Positions 43,852-54,800 of a stretch of 64,000 bases of DNA are shown here, one piece after another (the stretch's first letter is position 1; each line of letters opens with the position of its first letter). This DNA is from Candidatus Omnitrophota bacterium (GTDB taxonomy: Bacteria > Omnitrophota > Gorgyraeia > Tantalellales > Tantalellaceae). The notes beneath the pieces are model-generated. The model worked only from the letters and a program-made list of their open reading frames with translations, had not been told where the DNA came from and did no database searches. Position numbers and translations under genes: made by a program. The stretch is taken from contig JBARQV010000033.1 of NCBI GenBank assembly GCA_049643885.1, positions 11,229 through 75,228 on the forward strand, written 5' to 3'.

Positions 43852-45435
43852 ATGGGCAGATTTAAAGCTTTAATATTTACGTTGATCTTTTGCGCTTTTG
43901 CGGCTGTTTTCAGTGCTGCCGGTACGTGCGAATGGAAAGAAAAGTTCGTTGTATCATCAGGAAATATTTCGAGCATGGAGTGCCTTAACGGGACGGGTCT
44001 GGTATACCTCGGGACAAGTGAGGGGCTGTATAGATCAGATGATAGCGGAGAGAACTGGAATAAGGACGATATCCCGGGCGAGGTCTCAGAAATAAGGGAT
44101 ATTGCTGTTTCAGAAGGAAAGGTGGCCGTTGCGACGGATAACGGTATATATATAGGTAGAGGTAAAGGTAAAGGTAAAGGTGGGGAGTTCTGGGAAAGGA
44201 TCATCGGAAAGAAAGATATCGCAGGTGTCGCTATTTGCCGGCTCCCGGGGCAAAAAGACATTTTACTGGCCTGGGCCGATGAAGTTCTCTATAAGATAAA
44301 TGATGATGATCTGGTCCGCGCAGGCTCAGGGTCTTTGTGGAGAAAAAGAATAGACGATGTTGTGTGCCATAACGGCGCAATATACACGGCCGCGGGCGGA
44401 AGCATTTTACGGTCCCCGGATGGAGGGGATACCTGGGAGCGGATGAAACTCGTTTCCGAATACGGCCCCGCGGAAGATCTGGATGAAAAAAATGATTTTG
44501 AGAATACTGAAAATGATGAGGTGAAAGAGAGTAAGCTTTCACTTATAGGGAATATTGATCCTTCCGGGAAAGGGATAACCGTTTCAACGGAAAGAGGCAT
44601 TTTTCAGTTTCGCGTTAAAGATGGCGCGTGGGACCGGATAGACACCACGGGGCTTCCCTCGACACGGGTCAAGTATGTCGCCGGTACCGGAGGTGTTATT
44701 TTTGCCGCGACTGACAGGAATGTTTTCTTGTATTCTGCGGAAGGAAGGGAGTGGCGTTCCGTGTTCGAACTTCCCGTCCAGGGAAGCATTTCCTTTGTGA
44801 AGTCCAGTATTGACGGGGATGAGCGGATATGGCTTTGGACCGCGAACAGAAAGCGGCTTTTCAGGCACGATGCGCTTGCCTTGATAAAAGCAGCCGATGA
44901 TCTCGAAAAAGGAAAAGATATTCCCGACGCTCTGAAAGAGCCTTCGATACTGGAAGTCCAGCGGATGGCGATCAATTATGCCGAGGTGAGCCCGGATAAG
45001 ATAAAAAGATGGCGCAGCGGCGCGAAGTGGAAAGCGCTTTTGCCGAGGCTGTCTTTCGGGATAAGCGAATCAAAAGACGACCAGGTCGAGATCTACACGA
45101 GTTCCACAAAAAATTACCATTACGTGGTCCCGGACGTGGTCGATACGGGGTGGGATATCGACCTTACATGGGACCTTTCGGACCTGGTCTGGAACGATTC
45201 CCAGACGAGTATCGACGTGAGGAGCAAGCTCATGGTCCAGCTCAGGGACGAAATACTCGAAGAAGTGACGAGGCTCTATTTCGAGAGGAAGAGGATCCTG
45301 GTCGAGCTTGAGGAATCCACGCCGAGGGACAAGCGGAAGCTTCGCGAAAAACGGATGCGCATAGAGGAACTTACGGCCCATATTGACGCGCTGACCGGGG
45401 GACAGTACTCAAAAGCACTGAATGATCGCCGGTAG
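43852..45435 (+). CDS. Secreted BNR/Asp-box repeat (sialidase-like beta-propeller) protein
   Basis: Signal peptide MGRFKALIFTLIFCAFAAVFSAAG; Asp-box motifs SDDSGENW and SPDGGDTW; GKGKGKGKG low-complexity insert; alternative GTG at 43846. Confidence 0.8.
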   Translation: MGRFKALIFTLIFCAFAAVFSAAGTCEWKEKFVVSSGNISSMECLNGTGLVYLGTSEGLYRSDDSGENWNKDDIPGEVSEIRDIAVSEGKVAVATDNGIYIGRGKGKGKGGEFWERIIGKKDIAGVAICRLPGQKDILLAWADEVLYKINDDDLVRAGSGSLWRKRIDDVVCHNGAIYTAAGGSILRSPDGGDTWERMKLVSEYGPAEDLDEKNDFENTENDEVKESKLSLIGNIDPSGKGITVSTERGIFQFRVKDGAWDRIDTTGLPSTRVKYVAGTGGVIFAATDRNVFLYSAEGREWRSVFELPVQGSISFVKSSIDGDERIWLWTANRKRLFRHDALALIKAADDLEKGKDIPDALKEPSILEVQRMAINYAEVSPDKIKRWRSGAKWKALLPRLSFGISESKDDQVEIYTSSTKNYHYVVPDVVDTGWDIDLTWDLSDLVWNDSQTSIDVRSKLMVQLRDEILEEVTRLYFERKRILVELEESTPRDKRKLREKRMRIEELTAHIDALTGGQYSKALNDRR

Positions 45436-45475
45436 TCCCTTCCGGGGAGGCGTCGCTCCGATTGTAAGTTTAGGA

Positions 45476-45551
45476 GTGCAGTATGTTCCCTACCAGGGCC
45501 CCTCCGCCCGGTGTGGGTCCTCCCTGTACGGGAACATACTGCACCTTTTCT
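45476..45551 (+). terminator. Rho-independent terminator (long stem-loop + T-tract)
   Basis: GTGCAGTATGTTCCC ... GGGAACATACTGCAC 15-bp inverted repeat followed by CTTTTCT, 40 nt after stop at 45435. Confidence 0.6.
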
Positions 45552-45618
45552 ACATTAACTACAAACTACTAATTTCTATCTTCCAATTTCCACTATCCAC
45601 TATCCACGTATATTACGC

Positions 45619-45646
45619 TTGACAAAACACATAATATTGTTACAAT
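45619..45646 (+). promoter_or_regulatory. Candidate sigma70 promoter for fabG-acpP-fabF (TTGACA-N16-TACAAT)
   Basis: Consensus -35 hexamer, 16-nt spacer, TACAAT -10, about 20 nt upstream of GGAGG RBS of fabG. Confidence 0.5.
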
Positions 45647-45667
45647 TATGGGAGCGCGGAGGTGGTT

Positions 45668-46694
<1,027 letters not shown>

Positions 46695-46713
46695 AACCCA
46701 CCAGAGAGAACTG

Positions 46714-47973
46714 ATGCCGAACAGAAGAGTAGTCCTTACGGGGGTAGGTGCTATTACTCCCGTAGGGAATAATGTTCCAGATTTTTTGAATGCTGTCGTT
46801 AATGGCAAGACCGGTGTTGCCCGGCTTTCCGCTTTTGACCCCACACCTTTTAATTCCCACATTGCCGCTGAGGTCAAGAATTTTGATCCATCACCTTACA
46901 TGAACCCTAAACAGGTCAGAAGGCTGGACCAGTTTGTCAAGTTCGCCATAGTCGCGGCCAAACAGGCGTTCGAGGACAGCGGGCTGGACATAGGGAAAGT
47001 GACAAGGGAGAGAGCGGGCGTTTATATCGGTTCGGGTATCGGCGGGCTTCATACAGTAGAATTTGAGCACGAAAAGTACATGAAAACACCTGATAGAAAT
47101 GTTGCCGCTTCGAGGATATCTCCGTTTTTGATCCCGATGTTGATAGTGAACATGGCTTCCGGGGTCGTTTCCATAGAACTCGGGTTTAAGGGGCCGAATT
47201 CAGCGGCCGTGACAGCTTGCGCGACTGGAAGCCATTCGATCGGCGACGCTTTTAAGATAATCCAAAGGAGCGAAGCCGATATTATGGTAGCCGGCGGGTC
47301 TGAAGCGGCCATAACCAATATGGGGTTTGGCGGTTTTTGCGCCTTGAAGTCACTTTCCACCCGGAATGATGAGCCCGAGAAGGCTTCCCGGCCTTTTGAC
47401 AAAGAGAGAGACGGCTTTGTCATGGGCGAGGGCGCGGCGGCGATCGTGCTGGAAGACTTGGAGCATGCCCGGGGAAGAGGGGCCCGTATATACTGTGAGA
47501 TCGTGGGTTACGGCATGAGCGGTGATGCCTATCACATGACGGCTCCCGATCCGAGCGGCGACGGCGCTATAAGGTGTATGAAGGCCGCTCTCGATGACGC
47601 GGGTTTGAATCCGGAAGATGTGGATTATATAAACGCGCACGGAACTTCGACGGTGCTCAACGATAAGATGGAAACGCTCGCGATCAAGGCGGTGTTTGGT
47701 GAATACGCGAAGAAGCTCGCGGTAAGTTCGACAAAGGGAGTGACCGGACACATGCTTGGCGCTGCCGGTGCCGTGGAACTTATAGCCTGCATCAAAGCGA
47801 TCGAGAATAAAGTCATACCTCCTACCATAAATTATGAATATCCGGACCCCGAGTGCGACCTTGATTATGTCCCGAACGAAGCCAGGGAAAAGGAAGTGAA
47901 TGTGGCGCTCAGCAATTCACTCGGATTTGGCGGACCTAACGCGACTCTTGTAATCAAGAAGTTTACCGGATAA
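46714..47973 (+). CDS. fabF: 3-oxoacyl-[ACP] synthase II (KAS II)
   Basis: [15 protein letters not shown]-terminus, active-site [17 protein letters not shown] and GHMLGAAG motifs. Confidence 0.9.
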   Translation: MPNRRVVLTGVGAITPVGNNVPDFLNAVVNGKTGVARLSAFDPTPFNSHIAAEVKNFDPSPYMNPKQVRRLDQFVKFAIVAAKQAFEDSGLDIGKVTRERAGVYIGSGIGGLHTVEFEHEKYMKTPDRNVAASRISPFLIPMLIVNMASGVVSIELGFKGPNSAAVTACATGSHSIGDAFKIIQRSEADIMVAGGSEAAITNMGFGGFCALKSLSTRNDEPEKASRPFDKERDGFVMGEGAAAIVLEDLEHARGRGARIYCEIVGYGMSGDAYHMTAPDPSGDGAIRCMKAALDDAGLNPEDVDYINAHGTSTVLNDKMETLAIKAVFGEYAKKLAVSSTKGVTGHMLGAAGAVELIACIKAIENKVIPPTINYEYPDPECDLDYVPNEAREKEVNVALSNSLGFGGPNATLVIKKFTG

Positions 47974-48063
47974 TCATCATGTAATCATCATGCCTTGTTT
48001 TTCATGTGTGGATTCTAATGATCAGGAGAAGCCTGAAGCGGTAAAAATAGAAGGAGATTGATC

Positions 48064-49218
48064 ATGAATTACCTTTTAACAGAAGAACAACAGATGATAA
48101 AAGATCTGTGCCACCAGATCGCCGAAGAGAAGATCAAACCCGTGGCCGCTCATTACGACGAGACGAATGAGTTTCCCTGGGAAATAGTGAAAGTCCTTGC
48201 CGAATCGGATATCTGCGGGATATACATCCCGGAACAGTATGGCGGCATGGACGGCGGAGTGTGTGCCCTGGCCATCGCTACCGAGGAACTTTCCTGGGGC
48301 TGCGGCGGTATCGCTCTGGCTTTCGCGGCCACAGGTTTGGGGACTTTCCCGATAATCCTTTTCGGGAATGACCAGCAGAAAGCCAAGTATCTTCCCGATA
48401 TCGCGTCCGGTAAAAAGCTGGCGGCGTTCGCTCTTACCGAGGCCGAGGCCGGGTCAGACGCCGGGAGCATCAAGACGACAGCAAAAAAGGACGGTGATCA
48501 TTACGTCCTTAACGGCACTAAGCAATGGATAACCAACGGCGGTGAAGCCGAGACATATACTGTTGTCGCCATGACAGACAAGTCGAAAGGCGCGCGCGGC
48601 GCGAGTGCTTTTATCGTTGAGAAAGGCACTCCGGGATTTGATTTCGGTAAAAAAGAGGACAAGATGGGCATCAGGGCTTCAGCCACGAGAGAGCTGATAT
48701 TCAGTGATTGCCGCATCCCGAAAGAAAACCTCCTCGGAAAAGAAGGCCTCGGGTTCATCGTCGCGATGAAAACGTTTGATTTTTCACGCCCGGGAGTCGC
48801 GGCGCAGGCGATCGGTATCGCCAAAAGGGCGCTTGATGAAGCCGTGAAATACGCGCACGAGAGGAAACAGTTCGGCCATTCCATATCTTATTTCCAGGGC
48901 GTCCAGTTCATGCTCGCGGATATGGCTATACAGCTTGAAGCGGCGCGCGCTTTGGTCTATGCCGCGGCCAGGATGATAGATAACGGGGACAAGAACATAG
49001 CCAAAGTGTCTGCGATGTGCAAGACGATGGCTTCCGATACGGCCATGAGGGTCACCACTGACGCGGTCCAGGTCTTCGGCGGGTACGGGTACATGAAAGA
49101 GTATCCGGTGGAAAAACTCATGAGAGACGCGAAGATCACGCAGATATACGAAGGGACGAACCAGATACAGAGAAGCGTTATCGCGTCGGCCCTTATCAAG
49201 GAGAGCCTCGCGAAGTAA
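48064..49218 (+). CDS. Acyl-CoA dehydrogenase (short-chain/butyryl-CoA dehydrogenase-like)
   Basis: ACAD fold motifs including catalytic IYEGTNQIQR; AGGAG RBS 8 nt upstream; followed by etfB/etfA. Confidence 0.85.
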   Translation: MNYLLTEEQQMIKDLCHQIAEEKIKPVAAHYDETNEFPWEIVKVLAESDICGIYIPEQYGGMDGGVCALAIATEELSWGCGGIALAFAATGLGTFPIILFGNDQQKAKYLPDIASGKKLAAFALTEAEAGSDAGSIKTTAKKDGDHYVLNGTKQWITNGGEAETYTVVAMTDKSKGARGASAFIVEKGTPGFDFGKKEDKMGIRASATRELIFSDCRIPKENLLGKEGLGFIVAMKTFDFSRPGVAAQAIGIAKRALDEAVKYAHERKQFGHSISYFQGVQFMLADMAIQLEAARALVYAAARMIDNGDKNIAKVSAMCKTMASDTAMRVTTDAVQVFGGYGYMKEYPVEKLMRDAKITQIYEGTNQIQRSVIASALIKESLAK

Positions 49219-49220
49219 TT

Positions 49221-49302
49221 TTATTTGTTCCCGGGTCTCGGCCTTCGGCCTCGCCCGGGATGACATATTTTTCTCGGCGAATTCCGGGATGACATATTTG
49301 CC
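49221..49302. repeat. REP/MITE-like element, second locus of the GGGATGACAT family
   Basis: GGCCTTCGGCC hairpin + CCCGGGATGACATAT + CGGCGAATTCCGGGATGACATA; shares an identical 23-mer with 43573-43595. Confidence 0.6.
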
Positions 49303-50094
49303 ATGAGGGTAATAGTACTTATAAAACAGGTTCCTAACACGACGGATGTAAAGATCGATCCGGAGACCAACACCCTTAAAAGGGAAGGGGTGGAATCCGT
49401 CATCAATCCTTTTGATGCGTATGCCATAGAGGAAGGCGTCCGTATCAAAGAGAGAGCCGGTGAGGGCGAAGTGACTGTGATAAGCATGGGCCCCCCGCAG
49501 GCTGAAGACGCTTTACGCGAAGCGTTATCTTTAGGATGCGATAAGGCGATCCTGCTCAGCGACAGGAAGTTCGCCGGCAGCGATACCTGGGCGACCAGTT
49601 ACGCGCTTTCGCAGGCGATCAGGAAGATCGGCGATTACGATCTTATTATCTGCGGGAAACAGGCGTCGGACGGTGATACCGCACAGGTAGGTCCGGGGGT
49701 TTCGATGCACCTGGACATACCGCAGGTGACTTACGTCAAAAAGATCGAATCTTTGACTAAAGAGAAAGCTACAGTGGAGAGGATGACAGAGGAAGGTTTT
49801 GATATCATCGAAGTTCCGCTGCCCGCTGTCCTTACGGTGGTCAAAGAGATAAATGAGCCGAGGCTGCCTTCGCTTAAGGGAAAGATGAAGGCCAAGAAAG
49901 AGCAAGTGCCGGTCTGGAGCGCGGATGACGTGAACTGCGACGAGAAGAAGATAGGCCTGGACGGCTCGCCCACCAGGGTACTGAAAATATTTACTCCCCC
50001 TCCCAGGGAAAAAGGGCGCGTTTTGGAAGGGGAACCGCCCGATATATCCAAGGAACTCGCGGGGCTTCTGAGAGATGTTGTGATCGGCGGTTGA
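49303..50094 (+). CDS. etfB: Electron transfer flavoprotein beta subunit
   Basis: MRVIVLIKQVPNTTDVKID... canonical EtfB N-terminus and length. Confidence 0.85.
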   Translation: MRVIVLIKQVPNTTDVKIDPETNTLKREGVESVINPFDAYAIEEGVRIKERAGEGEVTVISMGPPQAEDALREALSLGCDKAILLSDRKFAGSDTWATSYALSQAIRKIGDYDLIICGKQASDGDTAQVGPGVSMHLDIPQVTYVKKIESLTKEKATVERMTEEGFDIIEVPLPAVLTVVKEINEPRLPSLKGKMKAKKEQVPVWSADDVNCDEKKIGLDGSPTRVLKIFTPPPREKGRVLEGEPPDISKELAGLLRDVVIGG

Positions 50095-50122
50095 GCAATG
50101 GACTACATACGACCGACGAAAA

Positions 50123-51334
50123 ATGGCAAATAATGACGTGATAAAAGTGATACTGGACAAATGTACGGGCTGCACGCTTTGCGTGAAGGTGTGCCCGTTT
50201 GACGCCATCAAGATGGTGGATAAAAAAGCGGTCATAGATCTGAGCAAGTGCACTCTATGCGGCGCGTGTGTGGACGCCTGTAAGTTTAACGCCATCATCA
50301 TACAAAAAACCGAAAAGAAAGAAAAGGTCGACCTTTCCGCCTACAGGGACGTGTGGGTATTTTGCGAGCAGAAGAAAGGCAAGGTCCAGTCCGTAGCTTT
50401 CGAGCTTTTAGGTAAAGGAAGAGAACTCGCCGATAAATTAGGCGTCAGTCTCTGCGCGGTCCTCCTCGGGGAGAATGTCGGGGAAGAAGGCGATGAACTT
50501 ATCGCGCGAGGCGCGGACAAGGTATACCTGGCCGACAACCCGAAACTACGCGCGTACCAGGACGAACCGTATACGAAGGTCTTGACCGAATTGGTCCGGA
50601 AGCATAAACCCGAGATCGTTCTTTGCGGCGCCACTACCATAGGCCGGAGCCTTATTTCCCGCGTAGCCGTCAAGATCGAAGCAGGGCTCACGGCCGATTG
50701 CACAGGGTTGGACATAGACCCGGAAGAGAGGCTTCTGCTGCAGACCAGGCCGGCTTTTGGCGGCAACATCATGGCTACGATCATCTCGCCTAACGCCAGA
50801 CCGCAGATGGCGACGGTGAGGCATAAGGTCATGAAAGAAGCAGTTCCGGAAAAAGGCAGGAAAGGCGAGGTCATCAAGGAAGAGTTCCCCGAAGAGATCT
50901 ATACCTCCCGCAGTAAGCTTATAGATATCGTAGAAGAAATAGAAGAAACGATAAACATCGCCGAAGCGAATATCATTGTATCCGGCGGAAGAGGGGTAGG
51001 GTCAAAAGAAAATTTCGATATCATCAAGGATTTTGCCCTTTCCGTCAATGCCGCTGTCGGCGCTTCAAGAGCGGCGGTAGATTCCGGATGGATGCCGTAT
51101 TCCCATCAGGTAGGGCAGACCGGGAAAACGGTTTGTCCTAAACTTTACATCGCGTGCGGGATCAGCGGACAGATACAGCATCTTGTAGGCATGAAAAGTT
51201 CAGACGTGATCGTCGCTATCAATAAAGATCCCGAAGCACCAATATTCAGCGTAGCCACTTACGGAATAGTGGACGACCTCTTCAAAGTCGTTCCTCTCCT
51301 CACAAAGCAATTCCAGCAGGTATTAGGTAAATAG
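50123..51334 (+). CDS. etfA: Electron transfer flavoprotein alpha subunit with N-terminal 2x[4Fe-4S] ferredoxin domain
   Basis: Two CxxCxxCxxxCP motifs in first 60 aa followed by EtfA FAD-binding domain (...VAINKDPEAPIFSVATYGIVDD). Confidence 0.85.
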   Translation: MANNDVIKVILDKCTGCTLCVKVCPFDAIKMVDKKAVIDLSKCTLCGACVDACKFNAIIIQKTEKKEKVDLSAYRDVWVFCEQKKGKVQSVAFELLGKGRELADKLGVSLCAVLLGENVGEEGDELIARGADKVYLADNPKLRAYQDEPYTKVLTELVRKHKPEIVLCGATTIGRSLISRVAVKIEAGLTADCTGLDIDPEERLLLQTRPAFGGNIMATIISPNARPQMATVRHKVMKEAVPEKGRKGEVIKEEFPEEIYTSRSKLIDIVEEIEETINIAEANIIVSGGRGVGSKENFDIIKDFALSVNAAVGASRAAVDSGWMPYSHQVGQTGKTVCPKLYIACGISGQIQHLVGMKSSDVIVAINKDPEAPIFSVATYGIVDDLFKVVPLLTKQFQQVLGK

Positions 51335-51585
51335 GGTATTAGGATATCAGGGTATCAGGGGGCAGGATACCGGGATATCAGGGTATCAGGGGGCAGGATA
51401 CCGGGGTATCAGGGTATCAGGAGGTAGGATCCCAGGGTATCAGGGTATTTGGGGGGCAGGGTATCAGTATATCGGGATACCAGTTTTTTGTCCCTAATAA
51501 CCCGATTACCTGATACCCAGCCTCCCGATTTCCCGGTTTCCTGATATCCTATCTCCCGATTCCCCAATTTCCTGATCTTTCTCCC
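51335..51585. repeat. Long hairpin-forming repeat array (GGGTATCAGGG units, tandem 31-nt duplication, then complementary CCTGATA(C/T)CC units); same family as 41978-42136
   Basis: ATATCAGGGTATCAGGGGGCAGGATACCGGG occurs twice in tandem; downstream arm is its approximate reverse complement; shares CCCGATTCCC and GATTACCTG with the 42-kb copy. Confidence 0.65.
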
Positions 51586-51654
51586 TTGACTACTACCACT
51601 TAGTTAGGTATACTCAATGAAACATCCCTAAACATAAATAAAGGTGTTCAAACT

Positions 51655-51873
51655 TTGACTAGAAACTCTATTATGCTGGAACGAGGTAGAAAAAAATATA
51701 ACGTACAAGAAATAGCCGACTTGCTGGGCATATATCGTGGAACGGTCATTAACTACGAGAAAAAAGGCATTTTTCCGGCGCCTCACAGGAATCCTATAAA
51801 CAAATACAGGGAATATACCGAAGAAGACGTAGAGAGCCTGAAGAGGATACTTGAGGGGAAATCGCACGCATAG
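51655..51873 (+). CDS. Small MerR-like helix-turn-helix DNA-binding protein
   Basis: YNVQEIADLLGIYRGTVINYEKKGIF resembles MerR/excisionase-type HTH; TTG start 8 nt after AAGGTG (alternative ATG 51673). Confidence 0.5.
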   Translation: MTRNSIMLERGRKKYNVQEIADLLGIYRGTVINYEKKGIFPAPHRNPINKYREYTEEDVESLKRILEGKSHA

Positions 51874-51885
51874 AAGGGAGTAGCC

Positions 51886-54800
51886 GTGTATTTTAAGAGC
51901 CTTGAAATAGTAGGATTCAAGTCGTTTTTAAACAAAACAAAATTAAAGTTCGAACCCGGAGTCACCACCATAGTCGGTCCGAACGGGTGCGGGAAAAGTA
52001 ATGTCGTCGACTCCATAAAGTGGGTGCTCGGGGAACAGTCTTCCAAGTCGATGAGAAGCTCTTCCATGCAGGACGTTATTTTTAATGGGACCGATAAGTA
52101 TGATCCCGTGAGCATGGCGGAAGTATCACTTACACTTTCTAACGAAGACAGGGCCCTGCCGGTGGATTATGATGAGGTCACAATAAGCCGCAGGCTTTTC
52201 CGTTCGGGGGAAAGCGTGTATTTCCTCAATAAGACCCCCGTGAGGCTGACAGACGTCAGGGAACTTCTCTTGGGGACCGGTATCGGGACAAGTTCCTATT
52301 CAATAGTGGAACAGGGCAGACTGGACATGATCCTCAACGCGAAGCCGGAAGACCGCCGGTATGTTTTTGAGGAAGCCAGCGGCATCACCAAATTCAAGGC
52401 AAAGAAAAGAGAGGCCTTGCTTAAACTGGAACACACCCGGAACAACCTTATCAGGATCACCGATATCATACATGAAGTGGAAAGGCAGATCAAGGCGATC
52501 GAGCGCCATGCACGAAAGGCCGAAAAGTATAAAGCCTTTTATGACCAGCTTAAAGACCTTGACGTTAAATTGTCATACCGGAATTACGTGGATCTCGAAA
52601 AAGAGAGCAGTTCGTTGGAGCGGAGCAGCGGCGAGATCGGGGAACTTTCCGGAAAGCTGAAAGCCTGGCTGGAAGAGGCCACGGGCACGCTTGTGCGGCA
52701 AAAAGAAGAATACAACCAGGTGGTGGGCGATCTGCAAGCCACCCAGGGCCAGGTCATGAAGCTCAGGTCAGATGTCGATAAGAATAACCACGTGATGAGC
52801 GTTAACGGGGAGAGGATACAGGAACTTAAAAGGTACACGGAACAGCTTGACAAGGAGATCAAAGAGATAAGCGGCAGGCAGGACGCGTTATGCAGCCGTC
52901 TGGAAAGGCTCGAAGTCAGATGTTCCGATATTACAGGCCAGAGGCGGGGCAAGGAGGAAAAACTGGCCGGGCTTGAGGAAAATGTAAAAAGAATACTCGG
53001 TATCGTGGAAGAGAACAAGAAGCGGATGAAGGAAAACCGCGAGAAGACTCTTGATATCGTCAGCGAGCAGACCAAAACGAAGAACATGCTGATCAAGATG
53101 AACGCTGACATCCAGAACATGATGGCCAGGGAAAGGCGGCTCAGGACCGAAAAAAGTAACGTCGAGGCCGAAAAAGAGGCCGTTTCGTTCGAGTTGGAGA
53201 AAGCGGAGGAAAGGGCCGGCCAGGTAAGGGAAGAGCTCGACAGAAAAGTACTGGAGTTCAGGGAGTTCAGTGACGCATATTCAAAGAAACAGCAGGAGCT
53301 GTCCGCCCTGAACGAAGAAAAAAGGAACAAGGAAAAACGGCTTAACGAAATAAAACCCCGCAGGGAGTTCCTGGAAAAACTTATCAGCGAGCGCGAAGGA
53401 ATAGGCGAAAGCGTGAAAGCTATAATAAGGTGCGTCGAGACCGGCGATATCCGGCTTGCCGGGGTCCGGGGGATACTTTCGGAGATCATAAACGTGGGCC
53501 AGGGCTACGAGGAATCGCTCGAATTCCTGCTCGGTGACGTGTCCCAGGCTATCGTGGTCGAAACCAAGGAAGCAGCAGCCCATGTCATCAGATACCTGGA
53601 AGATAATTCCCTGGGTAACGTGAGCTTTGTGATCCTGGATGAACTGGAAGGTTCTGCCGGGAACTTTACGCCGGAGGACGGGAGATTCAGCAATGTTACC
53701 CGGATACTTGCCGGTGATGAACGCTGCCGTGCGGCCCTTTGCAATATGCTCAGAGATGTGTTTGTCACAGAAAGGCGGGAAGGATCAGGGTCTTTGATCG
53801 AGGAAGGTGGGGTTGTTACGGGCAGGATAATAGGAGAGAAGGGCGAGGTCCGGCAGAAAGGCATGTACCGGAGCCGGAACTATTCGCAAAAGGAGATGAT
53901 CTCGCTTTTCGGACGCCGTGAGAAGGTAGCTCAACTTCGCGAAGAAGAGGAAGGCATTAAAAAACAATTATCGGATATAAGCGAAGCTGTAAGGGGCCTG
54001 GAAGAATGGTTGGAGAAGTCCGTTGTCGAAAAAGAAAGGATCGAGGCCGAGCTCAGAGAAAAACAGATGGAATTCGCCGCCGCCCAGTCCAGAAGGGGCG
54101 CGGTGAAGGAGAAGGTAGATGCCCTGAACGATGAAATACTGCTTCTGCAGACGGAACTTGAGGAAGAGATATCGTCGATCAAACAGCTCCGCGAAGAAGG
54201 GGAGGCTCTGAACCAGCGTCTTAACGAGATCGAGTCCGAAAGCGCGAAGCTCGAAGAATTAATAGAGGAGTCGCAAGGGATCATACAGGAAGGCGCACAG
54301 GAAAGGGAAAAGGCTCTTTACGCGATATCCGACCTTAAGGCAGAACTTTCAGCGCTGCGCAAGGAAGAAGAAAACCTGACCGATAACCTCCATCGGGAGA
54401 AGGAAAATTACAGCCGGATAGATCTGGAAGTCAGGGGAAGGCATGACCGGATCGAGAACAACGGCCGGCGGGCCGGCGAGCTGGAAAAGGAAATAAGCGA
54501 TCTTGAGGTCAAGAACCGGGAACACCAGGCGGAAATAGAGAAAAAATCAGCCGAGATCGAAGAAAAAGCCGGCCGGAAGGGAAGCCTGGAACAGGTCATT
54601 ACCCAGGCCGAATCCGCTATCAAGAGGGCGGCACAGGAGTTGGAAGAAGCAAGGAACAAGGCCAGGGATGTCGAGATAAGCCGTAAAGAGATCGAATATA
54701 AGCGGACCAACCTGATCGATAAGATCCGTGATGCGTATAAGGTCGACCTGTCCCGGATCGAGGTCGATCTAGACGGCCAGTCCCTGGACTGGGAGGCTGC

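Noticed and set aside
51335-51585. Possible CRISPR array because of short tandem repeats
   Set aside because: Units are only about 10-31 nt with no unique spacers of regular length, the second half is the reverse complement of the first (a hairpin, not repeat-spacer architecture), and no cas genes are nearby.
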